Virus record (IMG/VR): IMGVR_UViG_3300043409_000928
Location: 62,001-126,000 of that record
DNA length: 64,000 nt
Strand: one strand, 5' to 3'
In this document: in pieces, positions 54,947 through 63,190 of the stretch
Layout of the letters: each line of letters starts with the position of its first letter
Position numbering within the stretch: the first letter of the stretch is position 1
The notes under the pieces: model-generated
The model's input: the letters and a program-made list of their open reading frames with translations, nothing else
The model's database searches: none
Told to the model about the DNA's origin: nothing
Program-made: the position numbers and the translations under genes

Positions 54947-57892
54947 TTAACTTAGTCTTACCGGAGCATCGCTGGTGGATGGTCTTGTATTACCTCTAAT
55001 TGCGGCCATATCGTTTTGTATTGAACTAACCATTGACATTAATTGGCCAACTGTTTCTTGGGTAAATGTAGGACTATCTTTTGGTCCAGTTTGTACGTCC
55101 TGATTTGCAACAATATTGCCTGCTACATTACTGTCTACACTTGGGGTATTAATACTTGCATACTGTCTCTCAGTAATGGTTCCTGCAATTTGTCCATTTG
55201 TAGAATTTGGATTTGATATTGTAGCAGTTGGTGTTGGCTGTGTAACAATTGAAGCTGTCTGTGTGGCATTTGAAGCTGTCTGAGTGGCAGTTGGGGGTGG
55301 CTGTGTAGCATTCGAAGCTGTTTGTGTAGCAGTTGATGATGCCACAGGGTTTAAATCTTCGTTACCACTTGGCTCAGAATTGTCTGCAACAGCGTTATCT
55401 TTACTAAGACCCATGGCCTTGCCTATCCATGAATCACTTAGCCAACCAAACAAACTAGTAAATGGTTTTGTGATTACTTTCCATATTGCACTGGCACCTG
55501 ATTTTAATATGCTGGTTAAACCGTCAAATGCACCAGTAAAAAGTCCAGTCACTGAATTCCAAATTGCACTGGCACCTGATTTTAATATGCTGGTTAAACC
55601 GCTAAATGCACTACTGAAAACTCCAGTTACTGCATTCCATATCGCACTTGCACCATTGGCAAACCATCCTACTAGATCTTTAAATCCGTCCCATAACTTA
55701 CCAGAAATTTCAACAATTTCATCCCAGAAATAAATGATACCAGCACCCACTGCAACCACTGCCGCAATAATTCCCCATACTGGTGCTGTTATACCAGCCA
55801 GGAGACCACCAATTGCTGTGGCAATACCACCTAGGATTGATCCAAGGCCAGCCATCATACCGCCTAGCATAGGCACTAATTTAGCAATCCAAGGTCCTAA
55901 TTTCCCAAACCAACCAGCAACAGGTCCTATGAATTTTCCAAGCTTGCCAAAACTGCCCACTACCGATCCCCATGCAGATGTTGCCATTGCAATCAGGGCT
56001 GGTATAACAGTTGATAATATTGTCCAGGCCATAACAGCAAGATTTTTTATCATTGCTCCTGCACTAGAAAGTAAGGCCATACTAAATTTGCCCATGGATA
56101 ACAGCATTCCAGTAAACCCACCAGCACTTCGGTATGCTGCCATTGTTCCTGCTAATAGGCTTCCAACAAATTTACCCATTGAAGCGGCCATTCCAACTAG
56201 CCCACCTGCATTTTTCCACATGGCCACAGAGCCTGCTAATATGCTTTTACCAAAGTCCAGTAGTGCTGGTATAATCATTTTAACAGAACCAGCACCACCT
56301 GACATAAATGCACCTACACCACCGGCCGCCAACACAGCCGGTAATATTCCAACTAGGCCTATAATGCCAGCAGTCAATCCAACAAGAACATTACGCAAAC
56401 TTCTCATTGTGTCTGCTAGGTTATCCATTGATTGAATGTTCTTGGCTTCAGAAGTTTTAAACATACCTTCTAATTCTTTTTTTGCACTTGCATCACCTGC
56501 CGCTGCCTTGGCCTGCAGGTCTAACTTTTTAGCCAATACACCAGCCGCAATACCTGCATCAAATAAACCTTCAGTGCCTTTTGCTCCAAGATTTGATCTA
56601 CTGTTTGAAATTGCTTCAAGATTGCCTCGCTGTCCTTGCATGCCTTTTGCCAAGCTTGCCGCATCTACTACACCACCATTTGCTTGCTTGGCACTGGTAA
56701 CTGCTCCTGTTACTGCTTGAAAGTTTGCCATTGCTTCAGGACTGGCATAAGTTGCTGCCGCACCATTATCGCCTTTGGCAATTAACAATGCCATTCTGTT
56801 TAAATCTTCTTCGTTATTGCTTACACCTGCCGCGGCCAGTGCTTGTTTAATATCTTCTGCGCCTTTAACTCCTTGGAGTGCGGCCGCTTGTCCACTTGTA
56901 CTCTTTCTAAAGTTTTCAATACTCTTTAGAATTTCTTTTGAGCTGGTACCAAATGCGTTGCTTAATGTTCTGGCACTGTCAACAGTTTCAGCATACTGCT
57001 TGACCATCATCTGTTGTGCTTCTTTTTCACTTTTAGCAGTCAACTGAATAGTTGCACTCAGTGAACCCATAACATTTGCTTGATCTTCTTGTGTCAATCC
57101 CATTGCCGCAGTAGACTTTGCGGCTTTGTTCATTGTCTTTGTTAATTCAGGTCCAAGATTTTTACTAAGCGTTCCGCTGATAACACCACTTCCCATTCTA
57201 AAACCTCTGGCCAGTTCGCTGAGTGTTTCAACTGATTGTTGTGAGTTTTTACCAAATGCTTTAAATCCGCCTTGACTCTGTTCAATAACTTTAATAAAAT
57301 TATCACCAAGGCCACTCATTAGTTTTGCTTGTGTAATGGAACCAATTTTAAATGCTCCAAGATCAGCCATGCCACCAAGTTGTCTAGCGTCACTGGCAAA
57401 CTCATTCATCATAGTAAGCATAAAACTTACACCACCAGCAAATCCGCCTAAGGCTTTTCCTACCACAGAAGTACTGTATTTTAAATTAGAACTTAGTCCT
57501 TTAAATGCTCCTTCAAAAGTTTGGCCACCTCTAAATAGGTCAGTGCCAAAGTTTTTAAATTCTTTGCCTACATCTTTCATTGAAAGTGCCACTTTGGCAT
57601 GTGCGTCTTCTTCTTTCTTTATTGTCTTGATTAATTCTTCGCGCTCGTCATTGTCCTTTTGAGATAATGATCCTGTTTTTTCCAGAACTTTGCTTAAACT
57701 TGCTAATCTAGATTCTAACTCCAAAAATTCCTTTGACTTTGGCGCTGACTTTGATGATGTCTTTGCTCCGGCTACTCCAGAAGTGGATCCTGTGCCTCGA
57801 CCTACGCCATCAGACATGCCGTTCATTTTTAATGTCAAACGCTCAAGGGCATCTGCCAAATTCCGGCCTGTTTCTTCGGTCAATTCACTCAT
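54947..57892 (-). CDS. Tape measure protein
   Basis: 981 aa, helical A/G/K-rich, long hydrophobic segment, Trp/Phe-periodic repeats. Confidence 0.75.
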   Translation of the reverse strand: MSELTEETGRNLADALERLTLKMNGMSDGVGRGTGSTSGVAGAKTSSKSAPKSKEFLELESRLASLSKVLEKTGSLSQKDNDEREELIKTIKKEEDAHAKVALSMKDVGKEFKNFGTDLFRGGQTFEGAFKGLSSNLKYSTSVVGKALGGFAGGVSFMLTMMNEFASDARQLGGMADLGAFKIGSITQAKLMSGLGDNFIKVIEQSQGGFKAFGKNSQQSVETLSELARGFRMGSGVISGTLSKNLGPELTKTMNKAAKSTAAMGLTQEDQANVMGSLSATIQLTAKSEKEAQQMMVKQYAETVDSARTLSNAFGTSSKEILKSIENFRKSTSGQAAALQGVKGAEDIKQALAAAGVSNNEEDLNRMALLIAKGDNGAAATYASPEAMANFQAVTGAVTSAKQANGGVVDAASLAKGMQGQRGNLEAISNSRSNLGAKGTEGLFDAGIAAGVLAKKLDLQAKAAAGDASAKKELEGMFKTSEAKNIQSMDNLADTMRSLRNVLVGLTAGIIGLVGILPAVLAAGGVGAFMSGGAGSVKMIIPALLDFGKSILAGSVAMWKNAGGLVGMAASMGKFVGSLLAGTMAAYRSAGGFTGMLLSMGKFSMALLSSAGAMIKNLAVMAWTILSTVIPALIAMATSAWGSVVGSFGKLGKFIGPVAGWFGKLGPWIAKLVPMLGGMMAGLGSILGGIATAIGGLLAGITAPVWGIIAAVVAVGAGIIYFWDEIVEISGKLWDGFKDLVGWFANGASAIWNAVTGVFSSAFSGLTSILKSGASAIWNSVTGLFTGAFDGLTSILKSGASAIWKVITKPFTSLFGWLSDSWIGKAMGLSKDNAVADNSEPSGNEDLNPVASSTATQTASNATQPPPTATQTASNATQTASIVTQPTPTATISNPNSTNGQIAGTITERQYASINTPSVDSNVAGNIVANQDVQTGPKDSPTFTQETVGQLMSMVSSIQNDMAAIRGNTRPSTSDAPVRLS
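55485..55601 (-). repeat. 78-bp-period repeat (39 identical bp) in the tape measure gene
   Basis: Identical blocks at 55485-55523 and 55563-55601. Confidence 0.85.
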
Positions 57893-57926
57893 TAAATTAC
57901 GGTCCTGAAGCCATTATATTAGTACA

Positions 57927-57963
57927 TAAATAGATTATGAAAGTAGGCCTACGAACCTATTTA
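57927..57963. promoter_or_regulatory. Face-to-face late promoters for gp26-like (+, 57927-57932) and tape measure (-, 57958-57963)
   Basis: TAAATA present on both strands. Confidence 0.6.
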
Positions 57964-57981
57964 CCGTTAAGGATTAAGTAC

Positions 57982-58875
57982 ATGGATAACCAAAACCCAC
58001 TAAAAAAGCCGTTTAAGGCAGTGACACCAAACCCGTTGGCAGGGTATTACCGCCGCCCTGGCACATACATTGAACTTCCTTCAAAAGGAAGATTTTATAA
58101 GCTTCCACCCAAGGTTTCAGACACAAACGAATTGGCAATCTATCCAATGACTGCCAAAGATGAATTGGCATTAAAAAATCCAGATTCGTTATTAAACGGT
58201 GAAGCGTTAAAGCAGGTAATACAAAGTGTTTGTCCAGATATCAGGAATGTCAACGAAATTCCTGCCCCGGACATTGATGCTATCTTAGTGGCCATGCGTA
58301 TGGCCAGCTATGGTGATGACATGGAATTGAATGTCACACACGGATGCAATGAAAGCGAAGGGAAGAGCCAACGAATTACCATTGGACTAGGCGGAGTTCT
58401 TTCTACTCTTAAAGAAATTCCAGAAGGTGTAGGCTCAGTTACACTTAGTACCGGTGTACGAGTTGAATTAAGACCGTATACGTTAGAATCACAAAGTAAG
58501 CTTCTTCGCATTCAATTTACAACAATGCGACAGTTGCAGGCCATGGAAGCAAACGAAACTTCAACAGTTGATCAAAAAGCAGAAGTTGCTACCAATGGAT
58601 ACAATGTGTTGGTTGATCTAAGTCAAGAAATACTTGCACAAAGTATCATTTCAGTAACATTACCAGATGAAACTGAAGTAACTAACTATTCACATATTTT
58701 TGAATGGGTTAAGAATTTAGATCGTGCAAGCAATGAACGATTAGATGTAGAGCTAAAAAGATTTGGCGAGTTTGGTATTACTCGAACAGTTAAAATAAAG
58801 TGTGATTACTGCAATGAGGATTACACATCAGATATGTTGTTTGACCCCACAAGTTTTTTCGCCAACGGCTCTTGA
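57982..58875 (+). CDS. Baseplate hub assembly chaperone, gp26-like
   Basis: YIELPSKG, YPMTAKDE, PDIDAILVAMR, CDYC, ends SFF. Start at 57982 with SD AAGGA. Confidence 0.75.
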   Translation: MDNQNPLKKPFKAVTPNPLAGYYRRPGTYIELPSKGRFYKLPPKVSDTNELAIYPMTAKDELALKNPDSLLNGEALKQVIQSVCPDIRNVNEIPAPDIDAILVAMRMASYGDDMELNVTHGCNESEGKSQRITIGLGGVLSTLKEIPEGVGSVTLSTGVRVELRPYTLESQSKLLRIQFTTMRQLQAMEANETSTVDQKAEVATNGYNVLVDLSQEILAQSIISVTLPDETEVTNYSHIFEWVKNLDRASNERLDVELKRFGEFGITRTVKIKCDYCNEDYTSDMLFDPTSFFANGS

Positions 58876-59099
58876 TGTTTGGAGTTGATAGAGTAAAGAT
58901 TAGAAACTTTATTGACGCAATCGAATCAGATGCAAGAGCCTTAATCAAAGAAGTATCTACACTAAGCATCTGGGGACCAGTGGATCCAGAATCAATCTGG
59001 AATATGACATATCTTGAAAGACTTGTTCTTAGTGAAGCAATAAAAGAGAAGACAGAAACAATGTATGGGAAAAAAGGTATTGCTCGTAGTCGGATGTAA
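58872..59099 (+). CDS. gp51-like hub assembly protein, possibly the -1 frameshift extension of gp26-like
   Basis: IWNMTYLERLVL resembles the gp51 LENMxPWER pattern. No SD. Confidence 0.6.
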   Translation: MMFGVDRVKIRNFIDAIESDARALIKEVSTLSIWGPVDPESIWNMTYLERLVLSEAIKEKTETMYGKKGIARSRM

Positions 59100-59229
59100 C
59101 TTGTTATATCTTGGTAGAGCGAATACTTCGCTCTTGAATTTCGTATCGCTTCGCTCTACTCATTCATCTTGTATTATATAGAGTAGTTAAAGTAATTATA
59201 GTGGATTATAGTGAATCACATTTGATAAC

Positions 59230-59640
59230 ATTTTGATTACTTGACACTGATGCTTCAGTCACACTTAGCCCTGTTAAGGACTAAGAGAAAACTTGACACC
59301 GAAGTTCAAGCCACATTCAACTAAAGAAACTTGTTAAAGTAAGGGCGGTCACGCTGTACCCTTTTACACTCATCTTATATGACGCTACCGTATTGACCTA
59401 GTTGAAATCGTCGATACAGCATGTAGGTTGTAATAGTTCACCAGAGCCTACTCATTTTAGCTTTCGTATACTAATCCCAGTTCTTTTCAAGCAATTGAAC
59501 TTCGTCCTGTGAAGGATAGTGGGCGTTAGTCTCTGCTACTGCACAGAATTTCCTTCCCCAGCGCAACCCTAGTGCCTGGTTTTATGGGTGTCTAATTATA
59601 TCGGTGACACTGACCTATCAGTAGTGATCTTGTCGTTGTG
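59230..59640 (-). ncRNA. Candidate large structured RNA, boundaries approximate
   Basis: No ORF of 60 aa or more across 660 bp, and at least 7 predicted helices including a cUUCGg tetraloop on the minus strand. Confidence 0.5.
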
Positions 59641-59757
59641 AGTTTGCTAATTGAATTTGCGAAATCGCTGTGAGTGTCTACATTGCGTAGTAAATTAGCC
59701 AGGATGAGTTATTGTACACTTTAATTATCAAATGAGCCAGGTGAGTTATAGCCGTTG

Positions 59758-60186
59758 TTACAGCTTGTTTATTATGTGTGAGCCATGTACACGAACACTA
59801 ATTTGTCCATTGTAATAATCTGTCGATTCCAATACTTTTCTATCAAATTGTTCTTTGGCCTCTATGTAAGAGCATACTGCCTTTGAATTACAGTAATGTA
59901 GAATCTCTCTAATAAAGTTATCTCTACCAAGAGATTCTACATCTTTGTTCAACTGATCGTTGCTACCGTAGTATTCTTTCCAGTCTGAGTCAATCTTAGA
60001 ACGAATACGCTTTTTCTTCTTGACTCCATTTTTCTGTTTGACCACTTTATAGGTAGTCTTGGAAAATTTTGCTAACTTTTTGCCAATATACATCCGATGG
60101 TCAGTTTTATTTGTTATAAGATAAACAAAACCAACGCATTCTTCAGGAAGTACATCTACCACAGTACCTTGATACAGCCAAGTCAT
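59758..60186 (-). CDS. Stand-alone GIY-YIG endonuclease domain, 142 aa
   Basis: GFVY-x9-YIG, EAKE, YYNG. Basic insert KVVKQKNGVKKKKRIR. Confidence 0.85.
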   Translation of the reverse strand: MTWLYQGTVVDVLPEECVGFVYLITNKTDHRMYIGKKLAKFSKTTYKVVKQKNGVKKKKRIRSKIDSDWKEYYGSNDQLNKDVESLGRDNFIREILHYCNSKAVCSYIEAKEQFDRKVLESTDYYNGQISVRVHGSHIINKL

Positions 60187-60377
60187 TACTTGGGAGTTGA
60201 CAGGGCTTCTTTCTCGGCTGTAATCTCTTTACGGCGTTCTTTGATTGCTTTGCTCATTTCTTGCAGAGCCTTACGAGCTCGAGCGGCCGCGGCCTTTACA
60301 CCCTTGCCTGAGAACTTTTCGTTTTCAGCTTTATAATTTTCAAATTGTTCTAAAAGTGTTTCATGATTTGTTGACAT
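60186..60377 (-). CDS. Histone H1-like (Hc1-type) small basic protein
   Basis: KGVKAAAARARKAL motif. Start at 60377 with SD AAGGAG. Confidence 0.6.
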   Translation of the reverse strand: MSTNHETLLEQFENYKAENEKFSGKGVKAAAARARKALQEMSKAIKERRKEITAEKEALSTPK

Positions 60378-60387
60378 TACAGTCTCC

Positions 60388-62166
60388 TTAGTTAATTTCA
60401 TTCACTTGTGTATCTGTGTCAAGCATGGTAAATCCACTTTCTTTGACTACCAAAAGTACATTGTTGACTCGACTTGCTAACTCGTCTCTATGCGAGATTA
60501 AGAAAATATTTCGATTCATTTCTCTACCCATGGATTTTAAGATTGACATTGAACATTCAATACCAACCTGATCCATACCTGAATCCACCAACTCATCAAT
60601 AAACAACAAGTTCATTGGTTCAGTAAAGCTCTCATACACATCTCTAAAACTCCAGCTTAGTGCTAGAATTAATCGATTCCGTTCGCCCCTACTCAAGTTA
60701 TCAAAATCAAAGCTTTGACCCAGTTGGTTGATATCAACTTCTAAATCGCTTCTAAAAGAAACTTGATGCGGCAATTGTAACTTATCCAAGTAATAACCCA
60801 ATCTGTGATTCAAATACGCTAAATTCTGTTCAATAATGCGTTTTCGGACAAATGAGTCTTTGCTTGTAAGTAACTTGAGCAAGAATTCTTGATGTTCAAG
60901 CAGTTTACTTACCCTGTTAATTTCATCCCAGCTAACCTCTGCAAGCGCAGTATTTTTAAGAGCTTCAATTTGTTCCTGATAAGGATCTTCTTCTTGGTCT
61001 TTTGCTTCTAGTTGTTTTCGAATGTTTTCTAGATTATTTTTATGTGCCGCGGCATCCTCTACATTTTGATATTTGGTCTGAGGTCTTGCCGGCAATTGAT
61101 TAATAGTACGCACTACCATGTCAGCCTGCGCCAAATAGCCATGTTCTTCTTTTAATGCAGTATCAGTTACTTTAACAGTATTGGTTGCAGATGCAACCAT
61201 TTCATCGTGCTTCTCGTCATGTACATCTTGCCCACAACTGGGACATTGATGTTCTTCGATTAAAGACAAGCTTCGTTGTGCTGACACAAGTGCATCTTGC
61301 AATTTCTTAACATTGCTTTGTCTTGTTGCCAATTCTTTATTGGCTAACTTTAGGCGATTTTCGTTTTCCTTATAAACAGCAAGGGCTCGATGAGAATCAA
61401 GTTCCAAATCAATATCAGTGTTTTCTAATTCAGTGATAGCAGATACATAGGCAGTAAGATCATCTGTTTTCTTTTTGACCCACGTTCGCGAACGGCGTTG
61501 CAAATCTTCTACAGTTGTTTGTACTCTGACATTGCTTTCTTGTAAAGCTTTGATTCGTGCTTCCTCATCGCGCACTTGCTCTTTACTATTTTTAATTTGT
61601 TCTCGTAGTAACTCAGCCTTTTCACTCAACTGAGTAATGCCAAGCAGTTCTTCGATGATGTCTCTTTGATCGTTTGATTTCAAACTTAAAAACGGTTGTG
61701 TATATGTGTTTAGTGCAACCAGATGTTTGAACATCTCGCTACTCATGCCAATAATGCGACCAATTGCTTCTTGTGTGACTCTATTCTCACCAGCACCTTC
61801 ATCTGTACCAGCTTCGTTGACTTCATGATCGTCAACAATAAAACGTAACAGGTTAGGCTTGCGACCACGCTCAATCCTATACTTGTTGCCGTTCTTTTCA
61901 AATTCAACTGTGACCAACATGTTATTAATGTTGGTCTTATTGATCAAGTTTTCTTTGCGAATGTTGGTAAGAGCTGATCCAAAGATAGCATAGCTGAGTG
62001 CGTTAACAATGGTGGTCTTACCTACACCGTTTCTAGCACCGTCGCCGCCTAAGTCTAAGTTATGCCCTAACACAAGAGTCAATCCATACTGATCCAGTAG
62101 AAGGGCCTGGGTAACATTACCCACGCTCATGAAGTTTTTGATTGTTATATTTTTAAACTTGATCAA
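60388..62166 (-). CDS. gp46: Recombination endonuclease ATPase subunit, gp46/SbcC-like
   Basis: NGVGKT, Zn hook CPSC, LSRGE, LFIDE, ISH. Confidence 0.93.
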   Translation of the reverse strand: MIKFKNITIKNFMSVGNVTQALLLDQYGLTLVLGHNLDLGGDGARNGVGKTTIVNALSYAIFGSALTNIRKENLINKTNINNMLVTVEFEKNGNKYRIERGRKPNLLRFIVDDHEVNEAGTDEGAGENRVTQEAIGRIIGMSSEMFKHLVALNTYTQPFLSLKSNDQRDIIEELLGITQLSEKAELLREQIKNSKEQVRDEEARIKALQESNVRVQTTVEDLQRRSRTWVKKKTDDLTAYVSAITELENTDIDLELDSHRALAVYKENENRLKLANKELATRQSNVKKLQDALVSAQRSLSLIEEHQCPSCGQDVHDEKHDEMVASATNTVKVTDTALKEEHGYLAQADMVVRTINQLPARPQTKYQNVEDAAAHKNNLENIRKQLEAKDQEEDPYQEQIEALKNTALAEVSWDEINRVSKLLEHQEFLLKLLTSKDSFVRKRIIEQNLAYLNHRLGYYLDKLQLPHQVSFRSDLEVDINQLGQSFDFDNLSRGERNRLILALSWSFRDVYESFTEPMNLLFIDELVDSGMDQVGIECSMSILKSMGREMNRNIFLISHRDELASRVNNVLLVVKESGFTMLDTDTQVNEIN

Positions 62167-63185
62167 TGTGTAAGTCCTTGATAGATATGTGCCAGTATTT
62201 GCTTATCAATTTGAGCAGAGTCAATTGCTTGTATCTGATTTAATACAATAGCATCAACTGATTCAAACTGTAGTTCGCCACCCTTCCATTCAGTTGAGTG
62301 TTCTTCTTTCTTGGTTGGCATTAGACTAAGCTCTCGCATTCCATATTCGTTGACCCATTTTTCTTTAATATAGGTTGCTTCTTCAAACGAAATATCAACA
62401 TCAATTGTAACACGGGCAAAAGTATGTTCATCAAACAAACTCTCATGTTTATCAATTGCATCTGTTAGTGTTAGTGTTCTAAATTTTGGGGCACTGGGCC
62501 AGTTTTGGAATTCTGGTTGACCACCATATTCTAAAAACATGCAACCACGCTCGTCATCCCACGCATCGGCGTAGTTGTGCGGGAAACAATTTCCCATGTA
62601 TACAACATTACCTCGCTTTTGTCGTTTATGAAAGTGTCCAGAAAATACAAGCTCTTGGTTGGGAAAGTGTCCTTCGTTCAATCCGCCATGGTCTGGCATT
62701 TCTACCATGGCATTCATTTTAAAATGTGGAAGTTCAAAGTGTCCAAATACATAACGACTCTTTAACTTTTTCATGTTCTCCCATTCACTGCCAACAAGCC
62801 AAGGAACAATTGTCATATCACCGATGGTTGTAATCTCATCAATCAAGTTAACATTGCTCAAGTGTCTAGCAAACGGGAGTGAGTTGATTTCACGCTTCTC
62901 TCTATATGCCAAATCATGGTTACCCATAATAATGTATACCTGCTCAAAGTTTTCTGAAAGGTACTTGACATTTGAAGTAGTGTAGTTGAGTGTGCTCACA
63001 TTCACAGTGGATCTGTTGTTGTGCCAATCGCCAAGGAAGATGCAAGTTTCAGCACCTGCTCGTTTGGCTTCTTGGGTCATCCATTTTATAAAGTTCTCAC
63101 AATCATCATTGTGAGCTCTACTGTTGTTTCTTAAGCCAAAATGAATATCTGTAAAGCACACAGCTTTTTTAAAAGGTTGAGTCAT
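62163..63185 (-). CDS. gp47: Recombination endonuclease nuclease subunit, gp47/SbcD-like
   Basis: DIH, GDW, GNHD, GHFE, SGHFH. Confidence 0.93.
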   Translation of the reverse strand: MTQPFKKAVCFTDIHFGLRNNSRAHNDDCENFIKWMTQEAKRAGAETCIFLGDWHNNRSTVNVSTLNYTTSNVKYLSENFEQVYIIMGNHDLAYREKREINSLPFARHLSNVNLIDEITTIGDMTIVPWLVGSEWENMKKLKSRYVFGHFELPHFKMNAMVEMPDHGGLNEGHFPNQELVFSGHFHKRQKRGNVVYMGNCFPHNYADAWDDERGCMFLEYGGQPEFQNWPSAPKFRTLTLTDAIDKHESLFDEHTFARVTIDVDISFEEATYIKEKWVNEYGMRELSLMPTKKEEHSTEWKGGELQFESVDAIVLNQIQAIDSAQIDKQILAHIYQGLTH

Positions 63186-63190
63186 CAGTA

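Noticed and set aside
57975-57980. TAAGTA just before the gp26-like ATG as a late promoter
   Set aside because: It is only 1 nt from the ATG and lies between the SD and the start. The 57927 site fits better.
59540-59560. GAAGGAAAUUC resembling RNase P RNA CR-I (GAGGAAAGUCC)
   Set aside because: No matching CR-V or P4 partner strand was found at the 3' end.
59633-59749. CRISPR mini-array interpretation of the phased repeats
   Set aside because: The repeats are short, form two different pairs and are not palindromic. No cas gene is in the window.
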